This document shows, one piece after another, positions 48,649 to 62,527 of a DNA stretch of 64,000 nucleotides (its first letter is position 1; each line of letters begins with the position of its first letter). The notes beneath the pieces are model-generated. The model was not told where the DNA came from. It ran no database searches and worked only from the letters and a program-made list of their open reading frames with translations. The DNA is from Aplysia californica (lineage: Eukaryota). Location: the NCBI RefSeq assembly GCF_000002075.1, contig NW_004797318.1, positions 459,127 through 523,126 of the forward strand, given 5' to 3'. The translations under genes and the position numbers were made by a program.

Positions 48649-48947
48649 GTACCACCAGTGTGGCGCATTCCAGGCACCCGCAACTTCTACAAGGGACATG
48701 AGTCTGCCAAATATGAAACAAGTAAAATAATCAATTATACCAGTGACAGCCATCATTCCTTCCACCCCACCCATCACCTGTCTGCTGGGACATTTCAGTA
48801 ACCCACTTTCAGCACTTTTTAAAGACCCCCGGGTGAGTGTTGAGTTCCTGCGTGCTGTCGGCATCGCTGACCGTTTATGAAGCCACAGCGCCAGAAGAGA
48901 GAGAGAGAGAGAGAGAGACCCCACCCATCACACTTTTCATTTCTCAC

Positions 48948-49074
48948 CTTCACTGATGTCAAACACGGCTCTCTGGCGGCGCAGTAGGTAGAACACCAGC
49001 AGGGCGAAGAACCCCAGGACTCCAGCCATAGATGAGTACCAGATGACCACGTTGCCGATCAGGTGAATCTGAGA
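48948..49074 (-). CDS. POMT1: POMT1 exon (SQIHLIGNVVIWYS...YLLRRQRAVFDISE)
   Basis: QIHLxGN and YLLRR motifs. Confidence 0.95.
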
Positions 49075-50109
49075 CTAAACACAAAGAGGAAGACACACAA
49101 CTTACAACTTATAAATCAGTGTTAGAGGAAGAAAAACTAATCAGACCAGACCCCTATATACATATCGCTATCTTATATTATTTCTTCATTTTACTTTTTT
49201 AAAATCTATTTTCTAGAAAAATGAAGATATGTTTACTTATTAAAACTAATTCTCTGGAGAAAAAAAATGGCGATATCAAAAGGGAAGCTAAATTTTATTT
49301 TTAAAAAGACATGGCCTTTTTTGTGTATAATATACACAGATTATGTTTAATAGGATGTACTGACACACTGCTGACGGTATCACAGTAAGAGTGGACATTG
49401 TCATATCATTTTTTAACAGGATTCTCAACACTTTTGTGTCCTCCATTCCCTTCTAAGATGACAAGAATCATAAAGTTTCTTTTGTGTGAAACTCACTGCA
49501 TCCACCAAAGCACGCTACAATGAAAAAACATGATGTGGTAGTGAACTATCTATACATGAGAGGCAGCGTGGTGAAATCAGGCGCTCGTCAAAATAACAAA
49601 ATTGAAGAAACTGGCATTTTTCTGACAGTTTGGCAATTTTTATCGAATTTTTGGTTCTTTGGCTCAACATCATTGTCGTCCAATTAAAAACACATTTCTG
49701 GGTGGATTTTACAAAAAAACGATGATTGAAGGCAAAACAAATATGTAAGTTTTCAGTTTCCACGGACAATCAAGCTACCTTTGAAACCAGTCGACCCCAC
49801 CTTCTTCAATCTCAAATATCTTCTATTCAAGATAGATGGGCATTTTTTCACCCATAGCAAGACAACGAGCAAGCTTTAAGATGATACCAATAACTCCACA
49901 TGCCCAAAAATCGACAAGCGCCTGATTCCACCACCTCATCACGCATTATATCATTGCAGTCAGCGCTATGGATTTATCCAGAAAATCATGGTGCTTGGGT
50001 CATCAAACTGTATGAATTGACTTATGTGGTTTAAACATGTGTGTATGTCAGCGGGTGTAAGTACAAGTACACCATGTGTGAGTGCAAGTGTGTGTGTTTG
50101 TATGAGCGC

Positions 50110-50170
<61 letters not shown>

Positions 50171-50965
50171 AATACAAAAGTGTGACTGTGAGTGAGTGTG
50201 TGTGTGTGTAAACATGTGTGCAAGTCTGTGTGTGTATGTGGATGTGTGTGTGTGTGTGCATGCATGCATGTGTGCATGTGTGTGTGCGTGCCTGCGTGTG
50301 TGAGTGTGTCATGCTAATGTTATCGAGTGAGCGCATCATACAGGAGATAATCTTAGCCAAGACACCCAACAATAGAACCCATAGTATAGAGGACTGTTAG
50401 TGAGTGAACTTAAGCTACAGTAGTGTGTGTGTGTATGTGTGAAGATGCAACTATGACAGTATGACTTCGAGTGTGTCGACGTGTATACACACATATATAT
50501 ANNNNNNNNNNNNNNNNNNNNNNNNNNNNNNNNNNNNNNNNNNNNNNNNNNNNNNNNNNNNNNNNNNNNNNNNNNNNNNNNNNNNNNNNNNNNNNNNNNN
50601 NNNNNNNNNNNNNNNNNNNNNNNNNNNNNNNNNNNNNNNNNNNNNNNNNNNNNNNNNNNNNNNNNNNNNNNNNNNNNNNNNNNNNNNNNNNNNNNNNNNN
50701 NNNNNNNNNNNNNNNNNNNTATATATATATATGAGAAAGCGTTTTTGCTTTTACTCACCTTAAGAAGTCCAAACCCCTCCAAAAAAGGTGATTTCTGTAA
50801 CCAGTTGTAGTTGTAGCTGCAAAGTGTCAACACTACAAACTCAAATATATATATATGTGTGTGAGCAGGAGTATATTGGTGTGCTTGTGTGTAAATGCAT
50901 GAGTGTTAGAGTATGCACACCCCTCTGGGTTTAAGCATGTATATAATATATGCTTGTGTACTCAC

Positions 50966-51082
50966 ATTATCCTTGGGACTCATCCAATAAGCGATATTCT
51001 TGGCCATAAAAGGCCACTGTTGAGGTAGAGAGCTGTACTTGTGCTCCAGTCGAGCGTCCTGTGTGCTGAATAGCATCTTGAA
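50966..51082 (-). CDS. POMT1: POMT1 exon (FKMLFST...EHKYSSLPQQWP...NIAYWMSPKDN)
   Basis: EHKYSSxPxxW and IAYW motifs. Confidence 0.95.
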
Positions 51083-51839
51083 CTGGGAACACAAACAAGA
51101 TATCTTTATCGCAGAGTTCTGTTTAGAATTTTTCAAAGAAATTAAAAGTATTTCTGGTTAGACATAAATCTGTAATAGACACAAGCATTATGCATGATAT
51201 GAGTTTAATGCCACTTCCTACACTGAAGATATAAAAAGTATTTCTGGTTAGACATAAATCCGCAAGGGATATAAACATTAAGATATGAGTTAAATGCTGC
51301 TTCCAACATAGAAAGGCTATTTCAGTGACATGATCACCAACCTTTCCAAAGGGAATTAAACAAAAGATGCAGGGAGCCTTGAAAACTCCCCATAAAACTT
51401 GAGTTTTAACTAGGCATAACCATTGAAATGGAGTGGTTCACCTTGAAACCTTAAAAAAGAGCTAACAACAGAAGGGGTAGTATAATTGATTAACGATTTG
51501 TACAAAAAGCAGCTACATTCAGCTGAAATTAAAACAACAACAACAAAACAAATCCAACCTCTTTTGGTATACAGTATTAGCAAGAACATAGTGAAAAAAG
51601 TAATCTCTGTAAGATTTCCACATCCTGGAGAAGCAGTAAAGACCACTGCAAAGTCAAACAAGAATTCAGACATATCTTACCCCAAAATTAAAAACTCTTA
51701 TAGAGGCTTGATCTCTTGAGAAAATTGCATCTCCTGTTCTAGAATCATACTCATGAGTTACTTTATTCTTTGTTTCATGCACCAACTTACAAAGAAGAAA
51801 GCAACGAAGGGAAGCGAACCCCATCTCACTGGCACTCAC

Positions 51840-51940
51840 CTGTAACTCATAGAGCTTGGCCCAGAAGGACATGTACGTCGCCTTCATGGGAATCATCTCA
51901 GCTTGCTGCAGGTCGGCTGCCTGCTGCTCTTTCTCCGAGC
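51840..51940 (-). CDS. POMT1: POMT1 exon (SEKEQQAADLQQAEMIPMKATYMSFWAKLYELQ)
   Basis: SFWxKxxELQ motif. Confidence 0.93.
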
Positions 51941-53290
51941 CTGAGAAGAGACAGATTTTTGTTTTTCTTAAGCCCCTTTTTACACAATTTTGACCATTCA
52001 CCAGCAAGGCTGCTTTGATCTTGACCCTAAACATTTTAGAAAGAGTCAAAGTAACCCATCTTCTAAATAATCAGATAATCTGAACCGAGTCAGTGTGGGA
52101 CAAAAAAAACATTCACAATTAATCAAAATAATTCATCAGCACTTTTCCAGCGTGTATTTTATAACTTACCACAGGTGCCAACTGGCACTTCTTGCTGTTC
52201 AAGGAAAATTTGGAAAGTGTTGTACACGTGCTGTCGAAATTGTCCCCATTGTTGAAGAAAAAAGTGGTTGTCTTAGACAGGTGAACGTCTAAGGCAGGAC
52301 TGATGAAAATTGTTCTTGTAGAGTAAGGGTTTTCTTTTCAGCAGCATCAGCAACAAGAAATGTGAGGGGAGGTGCTCATTTTATACCCTTCACCTGAATT
52401 TATCCAAGGATTTTCTTCCCCATCTCTAGTGACTTCAGTTTTGTTTCTACTATAATTTGTTTTGCCCGAGTGTGTTCTCATGAAAGACATTGTGATTATT
52501 ATTGCACTTCTTCGGGGGAAGTATGATCTTGTCTACTTTTGTACTACCTCAAACAATTCAGCTTCTGTGTATACAATGTGCAAAAAGTGAGTTTGATTCT
52601 CACATGAGAAAGATATCCCTCTCGCACCTCTGACTTTCAACGGAGATATAACGTCATACCAGGCCCGAATTAGCCTTGACAAGACAAGCGCCAAAGCAGT
52701 CTGCATTGAAAATTATCTTTCATGTACTGTCAAAACAACTATAATTATGTCATGGTCACAACACAACTGTTTAAGTAACGTTTTTTTTTTGGTTTTAGAG
52801 ACAGCTAGAAAAAAAAAACCAGCGCTAAATTAAGTTAACCCTATGACTTGACCAAAAATGAAATGTCCTGATAATTTGATTTTCAGTTCGCGAAAAAAAT
52901 ACATCCTGCTGTATTGTGGGTACAAAACAAGTAACAAGCGTTTTAACTGTACCAATAGCAGAAACCAGAAAGCAAATGACTCGCGCAATTGTTATAACTG
53001 GATTTTTTTTTTAATGTAGGTCTTTTTTACGCCATCAACACAATTTAGAACATTTAGAAGGCAGGCTTCAGGCCCTGCCTGTCAGCGCCTACCTGGACTG
53101 AGAGGGATACAACAATCCCAGCAGAAAGACCGACACACTCGAGACACTCGACAAAAATTACTCCCAACTCAGGAATCATCCTCAGGTCTCCAGTCTGCAT
53201 CAGCTACATGCTTAACCGCTACACCACAGACAGCGGTGCAATACAACTGTGATGACAATCGTCCCGTCAAATCTAGAGAACAAAGCTTAC

Positions 53291-53405
53291 TTCTGGTGTA
53301 GCGGTGTTCCTCCACATTCCACACAGTTGCCTTCTGCTTGACCAGACGGTCGGCCGAGACCTCCAGCTGGTTGAACCCCCACTCCGGCAGTTGCTTCCCT
53401 GTGGT
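53291..53405 (-). CDS. POMT1: POMT1 exon (TTGKQLPEWGFNQLEV...VWNVEEHRYTR)
   Basis: LPxWGFxQLE and WNVEEHRY motifs. Confidence 0.96.
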
Positions 53406-53469
53406 CTGACGAAATCATCGAACAGAAAGAGATCTCTTTTGATATCCTCTCAACATCCTCTTTCTCTCC

Positions 53470-53516
<47 letters not shown>

Positions 53517-54041
53517 TCCCTCTCTCTCTCCCTTCACAAGGATTTGTTNNNNNNNNNNNNNNNNNNNNNNNNNNNNNNNNNNNNNNNNNNNNNNNNNNNN
53601 NNNNNNNNNNNNNNNNNNNNNNNNNNNNNNNNNNNNNNNNNNNNNNNNNNNNNNNNNNNNNNNNNNNNNNNNNNNNNNNNNNNNNNNNNNNNNNNNNNNN
53701 NNNNNNNAGGACAAGAAAAAGAAGGAAATAATCATAATGTCACAGAAGAACATAATGACAATGGTGGCATAAAACATTTCCTTGACCTTATGATAAAACT
53801 GGCTATCCTACAAAATATCAACCAACCAATGGTAAATTATCCATTTCATATGCTCAGTCAAGGACTAGAAATTCTCATAATACATAAGAAATAAGGCCGG
53901 CCACCAGGTTACTGCGTGATAAACTCAAAAAAGTTTTTCGCTTCTCCTGTAAAATTTACTCTATCGGTCTTACCAAAAAGGCGATGATTTACAATCAATC
54001 AGTATGTTTAATCAGTATGCATATTGCACTTGTTCTTTTAC

Positions 54042-54134
54042 CTTGATGGCTGTGGTCGTGTTGACATGAACAAGTCTGATCTGACTTTTGATCGTCTGCC
54101 ACTGCTCATCCTCGCTGTCCCGATTAACAATATC
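54042..54134 (-). CDS. POMT1: POMT1 exon (DIVNRDSEDEQWQTIKSQIRLVHVNTTTAIK)
   Basis: MIR3 start, phase 0-0. Confidence 0.94.
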
Positions 54135-54870
54135 CTATGGAGGCACAGGTAAACGTAATATGACCATAAGAATAAACAATTCAGCAAGGACCAACAAACA
54201 TAGTCAAGCACCATGAAAAAAAAAGAATAGCGTGTGGACAAACATTAGACATTCTGCTCAAAGATAAGTGTGATACTTGTTTTTTTTACCATGTGTGAGA
54301 TATCGTGGTGAAATCAGGCGCTCGTCAAAATAATGAAATCAGAGAAAAAGGCACTTTTCCACAAGTTTGGCAATTTTTATCGAAACTTTGTTGGCTTAAA
54401 ACCTTGTATGTTTGTATGAAAACACATTTCCATGTCAACTTTACTGAAAACCCTTGTTTGAAGGCACAAAATATGTTATTTTCAGTTTTCAAGGACTCTT
54501 AAGCTATTGAAGTTGCCAAACTTTGGCGGTCATTTTCTCATTAATTTAACCACAGAAAAATGCTACCCCACCTTCTTCAATCGCAAATATCTCGACTTCT
54601 ATTCAAGCTAGATGGATATTTTTTTCATTGAAAGCAAAGCAAATGAATAAGCTTCCAGGTGATATCAATAACTCCACATGCCAAAAAGTTGACGTGTGCC
54701 TGATTCCACTCCGTCGTGCCACGTATAAGCTTTTAAGATATTGAAATATATCCAGTACCGGTAACACTGTTTTACTCAGTGAAATCTACTCACTGAAAGC
54801 ATGCAGACAAGTCAAGAACAATTTTTAAAATCCATATATAAATTATATAGTTGACTATGCACTTATATAT

Positions 54871-55856
54871 TAGGTACCGCAAACTGGTCGTGCGCCCCGT
54901 GGCACGCTGTCACGGAGACCAAAACCCATAATTTTACCCTCCTAAAACACCGTGTGATCATGCATACACACAGACACTTGATACATCAGAAGAAAGAGGA
55001 GCTTTTCCTCTTTTCAGTTTCTATATTTATTTGAATCAACGATTCTTTTAAAAGCAAAATCTTGTGGGATAAAAGACAACACTATCGAGATCTTCACTGT
55101 CGCAGCAGCGCATTTCATGTATTGATTTTTTGAGTGACCTCGGTTGAACAGGAACGGGAGCGTATGGTTTTAAATACTGCAATCTGATTCATCGATATTT
55201 CAAGATTAGAAGACGCTCTTTCCGGTGATATATTTCTAAAGACTATCCTTAAAAAATTAATAGAANNNNNNNNNNNNNNNNNNNNNNNNNNNNNNNNNNN
55301 NNNNNNNNNNNNNNNNNNNNNNNNNNNNNNNNNNNNNNNNNNNNNNNNNNNNNNNNNNNNNNNNNNNNNNNNNNNNNNNNNNNNNNNNNNNNNNNNNNNN
55401 NNNNNNNNNNNNNNNNNNNNNNNNNNNNNNNNNNNNNNNNNNNNNNNNNNNNNNNNNNNNNNNNNNNNNNNNNNNNNNNNNNNNNNNNNNNNNNNNNNNN
55501 NNNNNNNNNNNNNNNNNNNNNNNNNNNNNNNNNNNNNNNNNNNNNNNNNNNNNNNNNNNNNNNNNNNNNNNNNNNNNNNNNNNNNNNNNNNNNNNNNNNN
55601 NNNNNNNNNNNNNNNNNNNNNNNNNNNNNNNNNNNNNNNNNNNNNNNNNNNNNNNNNNNNNNNNNNNNNNAAGTGTAGACATTTCGCAATTAAAAAACTG
55701 TAACATTTTTCTGCCACTTCAGATGTTCATAACTTTGTTAAAAATGAAGTAATATGTATAGATTTGGTATCAAAATGTCCAGAATGATAAATTCTATCAG
55801 GTAGTGCAGTTAACTATGAAACCAGAGGACTTTGAAATTTCAGTTTGTGGTACCTA
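54871..55856. mobile_element. Non-autonomous TIR element (possibly Academ-like), spans an assembly gap
   Basis: TIR TAGGTACC(G/A)CAAACTG with 3-bp TAT flanks. Confidence 0.55.
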
Positions 55857-56271
55857 TATTTATCAGACACTGAAGAGACATCCTGACAGCTCACTTCAAT
55901 ATCTTAAGGTTGTACTACCCCAAATTTAATGTCCATATCCAACAGTACTGAGCCAAAAACTGGGAGAGCTGTAAAACCTTCAAAAACAACCCCCGTTTTA
56001 AAAAAAAGGCCCAGCAAGGAATTGAACCAGGGTCTTTTGCACCACAGCCCCAACAGGATACCAAAACTGAGCAAACAGCCAGTCCAAGACCTTTTAACCC
56101 AGCATATATCTATCATCCCGATCTCCCTTCCTTCTTTTTTGTGTTTGTTACTCTCTAGTAACACCTCTAATCTTACGGGCTTATATGACTTTATTGTGTT
56201 GGGACGCCGTAAAACTCTTCCTAAGACCAAAGTAAACCAGCACATGGACAAAAGTACTTCAAGAGACGTAC

Positions 56272-56368
56272 CACTCTCCACAAATTCTGCGCCGGCATTG
56301 ACACATTGTAGTTCACATAACAGGAAACCTCTTGATTACTCGGAGTCATAGGAGCAGCTACGTCATGG
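56272..56368 (-). CDS. POMT1: POMT1 exon ([32 protein letters not shown])
   Basis: HDVAAP...QEVSCY...MPAQNLW motif. Confidence 0.96.
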
Positions 56369-56677
56369 CTGTGGGAAGTCAGGAAAGTTTCTTTAACATC
56401 AGGCACAGTCGAACCAGTAAAAAAGAAAACTCAAGTGTGATTTCAGTTGCGCAACACTTTCAAAAGAGTAAGTTAAGAAACATTTTTCGAGAGTCTAACA
56501 AGCATCAACATCTGAGATTTGTATGATTAAATTTTAAAAGGCCAGAAACTCATGTGAGTCTCCACCTTTTCCGTAACTCATGAAATTGCAGCAGCAGCTG
56601 TTGTGCATCTCACAGGAAGTTTTGTATTAATCTCTCCAGGCCTTGCATATTCTGTTTTCAACAACTGACTCTCTTAC

Positions 56678-56770
56678 CTGTTGAGAGCTCGGCTGGTGAC
56701 CCCATGGATGAGTTGAACAATATCGCCATGCTTGACCGGCACTGGAGGGTCGTCTACCATCAGGTCATGA
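56678..56770 (-). CDS. POMT1: POMT1 exon ([30 protein letters not shown])
   Basis: MIR2 start. Confidence 0.95.
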
Positions 56771-57502
56771 CTGAAGGACAGGTGGGGAGAGGGCAAAATG
56801 GGGAAGAGCATGAAGCAAGCTATTCTGTCATCCTGTTCATTCATCTTGCTGATATTTATTGAACGATTTGGAAACACAAAGCAAAAATCCTTGTGTTCAT
56901 TGACTAAAACAAAGCATAGAAATACATATCTAATTATCTAAGTTTCTGTTCTATATGTTGTACTGCGTTATACACTACTAACTGCTTGATTCATTTTAAG
57001 CATGTTATATGGTATTATATGCAACTAAATTACCAATTTTGTTTAAAGAGCATGGTGTTACAATCAACTTATCAAGAAGTTTCTTTTTTAGCATGAAGCC
57101 TGGTGTTACATACAACTGTTTACTAAGCTTCTTTTTCAGCACACTGCATGGTACTACATGTAACTAATTACTAAACAAGACGAAACCAATATCTCTATAT
57201 GCCCAAAAATTGATGAGCGCCTGATTCCACTGCTTTGTGACACAAATTTCATTTTTAAGAATGGTGTTACACACAACAAACAACTAAGTTTCATTTCATT
57301 ATGTTGGTGCAATGTTAAACACAACTAATTATTATTTCTCTCGCCAAGATACTGGCGCTGTGTTACATGAAACAAATTACTACGTTTCTTTTGAACATGT
57401 TGGCATGATGCAAAGGGAGAAGGGGACCCGGGGGATCAAATCAAGAAAAACAAACAAACATAGTTAAAGTACTCGCATATATGGGCAAATTAAGCGACCA
57501 AC

Positions 57503-57735
57503 CTCTCCGGTTTCTTGATGATCCACCAGTTGTTGATGTCCTTGAAGACGTAGCAGGTGACCTGCTGCTGGTGAGAGCTGCCCCGTTTGTCCGGGTACTT
57601 GACCGGGTACATGTGAGCGTGCGAGTGCAGCCAGCAAGGCTGACCATTGGCAAGGTTCTCTGTGTGTCGTAGGGTGATCTGAGAGCCGTAGGAGACGTAC
57701 AGGGGCTGGCCACGGGTGAGGGCTGCTAAGCCACC
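57503..57735 (-). CDS. POMT1: POMT1 exon (MIR1: [11 protein letters not shown]...CWLHSH...[10 protein letters not shown])
   Basis: MIR domain motifs with splice sites. Confidence 0.96.
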
Positions 57736-58097
57736 CTGGGTAGTGAAAGGGAGAATGAGAGAGTGAGTGAGTGAGTAAGTGAGTGAGTGAGTGAGAGTGT
57801 GTGTGTGTGTTGGTGTGTGTGCATGTTTGAGTGTGTGTGAGATAGAGAGTGAGAGAAAAAAAAGAGGGAGGGAGTGAGGGAGAAAGAGACGTTTGAGAAA
57901 AAAGAGAACATTGATATAAAACAATCATTCAGCGCATGGGGAAAAGCAAGAAAGACTAGACAGGAACAAGCTGCACTAAATATATATTACTACACAGCTC
58001 ACAGCTAAAGGCGTAAGTTCTGTGAGCCTTCGAAACAAACTATCAACTTCATATAAACCCACACAAAAAAGTGTGGCCTCACACCAGTCCAACTGAC

Positions 58098-58253
58098 CTC
58101 GAGACTGGCCTGGAAAGCACTGGTCATGATATTGTCGTGAGGGCCGGCCTTGTGCAGGACACTGAGGTGGACGTAGAAGATGCTGAGATACACTGCCACG
58201 GGTACTGTCACTAGGGTCAGCAGACGGGCAAACAGATGCTTGACCAAGGTCAT
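58098..58253 (-). CDS. POMT1: POMT1 exon (MTLVKHLFARL...GPHDNIMTSAFQASLE)
   Basis: Conserved GPHDxIMxSAFQASLE. Confidence 0.95.
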
Positions 58254-59104
58254 CTAGACAGAACGAAGTACAATAACTTTCAACACGAAAAACTAAACAG
58301 GCTTTATGGAAAAGTTAGTTTCAGTTGCTGACAATGACACTGAAAGATGAGTACATATTTATAATAGCAATAATACAGGGTAGATGAATGTCTACAAGTT
58401 AAATCTCTTTCGCGCACGCACATACATGCCTGCACACACATACACACGCACGCATACACATGTACACGCGCGCGCGCACACACACACACACACCATACTG
58501 CACATCTGTGTACACTGAAATTTAAAAAAAAAACTTCCTTAACATACAAAGTCCTGTGACTGAAAGGCTCTGCCTTTGTTAAACCTGCCTCTGAGAGTCA
58601 TGTAAGAATGAACTGCAGGGCCAGGGAAGGAGAGGGACAATGTGTCTCTCAATGAGATGGATTAGCCCACAAAAATTTGTCAGTCCATACCAAGGTCCAC
58701 GGATATATCGTAAAATAAATTTTTGGCAGGAGAGTGAAAAACAATAACAAACTGAACTTCATTTGCACTCCATCTTTTTCTTCAGTGGGTCTTCTTCTTC
58801 TTCTTTTTCTCGTCCATCTTGAAACGGACATCCCAGTCACTAGTACAAAAGCTGCTGTTAGCCGCAGGTCCTCCAGGCAATTTCATGCCAAAACAAATTA
58901 CAGTGAGATGTTATCCACTGTGGCACAATTGTGTGGTGTTTGTAGAGGCTTACAATTGTTATAGTGTCTTCAGTGAGTGTACAAATTCTGTGTTATCTGT
59001 GGTATCAAGAGCCCGATTTTAATCAAGGCACAGACAAAGGACAGGAAAGTAGCAGCAGTAGAAAATAACTAAACAGGTTCATCTTATATATTCAAAGAGT
59101 GGAA

Positions 59105-59558
59105 TATGTGTCAGGACGTGGTGGAATCAGGCGCTTGCCAATTTTTGGCCATGTGGAGTAACCGGTATCATCTTAAAGCCTGTTCATTTGCCTTGTTTTT
59201 GATGAAAAAAAAATACCCATCTATCTCGAATAGAAGTCGAGATATTTGCGATTGAAGAAGGTGGGGGTCACTCAGTTTCAGAGGTAAAATTAGCGAGAAA
59301 ATAGCCACTAAAGTCTGGTAACCTCAATAGCTTGAGAGTCCTTGAAAACTGAAAATTCATACAAATTTTTGAGTCTTTAATCAATATTTTTCAGTAAAAT
59401 TCACAAGGAAATGTGTTGTTATACGGACATAAAAGTAAAAGGTGATGGGCTAAACAAAACAAAAATGTAATAAAATTGCAAAACTGGTGGAAAAGTGCCT
59501 ATTTCTTTGATTTCATTATTTTGACGAGCACCTGATTTCACCATGATACCTTACATAT
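59105..59558. mobile_element. Unclassified approximately 430-bp MITE family
   Basis: TIR core GTGGTG(G/A)AATCAGGCGCT with ATATGT ends. Other copies at about 36521-36962, 49550-49945 and 54290-54725. Confidence 0.75.
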
Positions 59559-59655
59559 GCAATAGTAGAACCCTTACATATGCAATAGTAGAACCAAGTC
59601 CTGTTACAAGTTATCCCCCCCCCCCAAATAATAACCCCCTAATCAGAGCACTTAC

Positions 59656-59749
59656 ATCAGACCTGGAGCTATCATCCAACATTCGCCAAAAATCTCTCCA
59701 GATTCGAACCACAACCAAAAACATGGTGAACACACCCACATACTTGACG
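59656..59749 (-). CDS. POMT1: POMT1 exon (VKYVGVFTMFLVVVRIWRDFWRMLDDSSRSD)
   Basis: KYxG motif; GTAAGT donor. Confidence 0.92.
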
Positions 59750-60097
59750 CTGGGGATTAGGAAACAAAAAAACAAACAGAAATGACACATAGAGACAAAA
59801 TCATTGGCCTATTTGTTGATGATTTTACATGTTTTACACCCCAATGACACAATTTCGATCATTTAGGAGATGAGCCGTCTGTCCCCTAGCTCAATAAGAT
59901 TCAGTGTCTCAACTTACAGCTGGGGCAGCCCATTAAGAAATTTCTACTTTCAGGAATTGAACTCTTGCCTTCTGGATGCAACAACAAGAGCCTGACCATT
60001 ACACACAGATGCTGGCTCAGGCATGCTGATGTTTTTGCTTCAGTAAGCGTTTTACAGCACTTGCAATACAATAAGATCATATAAGTGACCAGGATTA

Positions 60098-60493
60098 TTT
60101 TTGTTTTAATAGAGGTTTTACGGCACTCGCAACTGCATAAGTTCATATGAGTGCCAAGGGGTGGATGTCAACAGAGAGTCCTTATAGGGAATCAGACTTC
60201 CTCTGCTCACCTCTCTAGCTTCCACAGCACAAAGTCTGCTTCGACTATCAAGGCACCCCGGAAATAGCGGGTCACAAGAGTGTGACAAACATACAAAAGA
60301 AGTAGAAGAAAATGACGATAGTAAGGATTAGGAAAGAAAAAGCAGCAGTTCCCTGTTGTAGTTCAAGAACAGTTATGAGCATGACATTGTTGGATCAGCC
60401 CATTTACAATTCTACTGTGCATTAGAATGAGAAATGTCCCCCCTTTGGGAATAGCCTAAAGACACTTCAATCAGTGGCACTGCCCCGGCGGGT
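60098..60493 (-). mobile_element. Family B retroposon inserted into a family C copy
   Basis: 12-bp TSD TGACCAGGATTA at 60086-60097 and 60494-60505. Confidence 0.88.
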
Positions 60494-62461
60494 TGACCAG
60501 GATTAGAGGGGTTATAAGAGAGTAACAATCACAAGAAAAAGAAGGGGGAGGGATAAGGATGATAGATGTTTCAAAGGAATGAAGGAGCAAACCACACCAG
60601 AGCACCCTCCAACCACCCACTCATGCAGATGAATGCGGAGCAGGATACAACATCTCAGCATTAACAAGCAGAAGGAGTAGAACAGGCCAGAACGACCACC
60701 ATCAAACTGAAGATTCATTAAAATCATGGTTTTCACACCACCTGCAACACAATGAGATTATATAAGAGGTGAAGATTAAAGGTATTACGAGAGAGTAACA
60801 AACACAGGAAAAGAAGGGGGAAAGATAACGATGGCAGATGTTTCATAGGAAAGGAGCAAACCACACCAGAGCACCTGCCAACCACCCATTCAAGCTGATG
60901 AAAGCGGAGCAGAACAGGCCAGAACGACCACAATCAAACTGAAGATTAATTAAAATCATAAAATCATATGAGAGAAAGACTACCTGAAGCCATCAATTGA
61001 CCCATAATGTGAATGCATGAGCAAAATCAACATAACATGTCAATATTGAGAGCAGCTTCGCAAACAATGGGGCAAGGCAAGGTGGAGAAAATCAATAACA
61101 GATTCAAACGGATAGTGATGTGTTATCTGAGACCCAGCCAGGCCATTTTTTTTTCTTTGTATTTCTCTCATCACACAAAGACAACCAGTGGAAACAGGTA
61201 CAATGATCAATATACAGATCAATACAAAAAGTGGGGGGGAGGGGAGGGAGTGGGGTAAGTCAATAGCAACGAATGGAAAAAACAACTAAATTTAGCGAAC
61301 AGTAGATTTGGAAAAATACAGTTGAACCTGCACTAACAGCCACCTGTTTAAGACAACCCCCTGTACAGAAGACCACTTACTTTTTCCTCCCTTTTTACAT
61401 GAAATAACACTTTGTAAGACAGCCACCTGTCTCCTCGACAATGGGNNNNNNNNNNNNNNNNNNNNNNNNNNNNNNNNNNNNNNNNNNNNNNNNNNNNNNN
61501 NNNNNNNNNNNNNNNNNNNNNNNNNNNNNNNNNNNNNNNNNNNNNGGGGGGGCGGCCTTGAGTCTTAGACAGTTTTTACTGTCAGTTCAGTACACCGGAG
61601 AGAAAGTAAATCTATACCTAAACACTAGGTCTAATTTAGTTTGAGTAAGTTTCACGGCACTTGCAACACAAATAGGTTATGAAAGAGCCAAAGATTAGGT
61701 GGTATCATCAGAGAACAACATTCAAAGAAATAGATGAGGAGAGACAGGGAGGATAGATGTTTGATTGGAAGGAATCTACAATGGGCTTTGCTATGAAGGA
61801 AGAGCCTGCTATGGACCTGTGCTGTTTTCTGAGATACTGACAGCTCAACTTCCACTTGAACAGAATAAAACCAGAACTTCCTCCAATGTCCTTTGTGCGT
61901 ATATGAGACTTGGGACCATCACCTGTTCCAATGCAAGCCCTAAATGACATCACAGCTACACTTCTCCCTTCGAGACCAAACACTGACAACACACTCTATG
62001 GAACATAACAGCAACTGCAGCAAACCAGCACTTATCATTACATGGCATTGGTCAGAAGGGCGAGGGCCCAGGTGTTGTTAGATTAATAACAACAACAGCA
62101 ACAACATATCGTTGGGACCAGGTTGAGCTAGCGAGACTGCAGTCGAACCATCATTGGAGCGTGAGATGGTGTAAGAACTTTGTCAATGAAAAGCTGAGCC
62201 CACGTTGCCGAAGTTGCAGCCATGAAAAGGAGGATGTCAAACATATGTTTTAATATCCAGGAACAATGGCAATTCGAATGGACTTATTTGGACGAATGGA
62301 GGTGCCTCTAAGTAAATAGACAACGGAGCTGAAAAAGAGCCTTGCTCTCGCTCGAAGATTTCTTTGTGGAGTCCTGGTGGCCCATTAAGGAAACAACAAC
62401 AACAATAACTGAGATCGCGAGTCCAACTCCAGAAAACACTATATAAGTACCGGTAGCTCAC

Positions 62462-62527
62462 CTCAGTGTACATGTGAAGGAGATCCCTGCAAGACACAGC
62501 CAGAACCACCAAATCAAACTGAACTCT
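62462..62527 (-). CDS. POMT1: POMT1 exon (EFSLIWWFWLCLAGISFTCTL)
   Basis: FSxxWWFWL motif, phase 2-2. Confidence 0.92.

Noticed and set aside
46253-50400. His/Thr- and Cys/Val-rich ORFs
   Set aside because: Translations of (CA)n/(TG)n microsatellites; other long ORFs simply run through N gaps.
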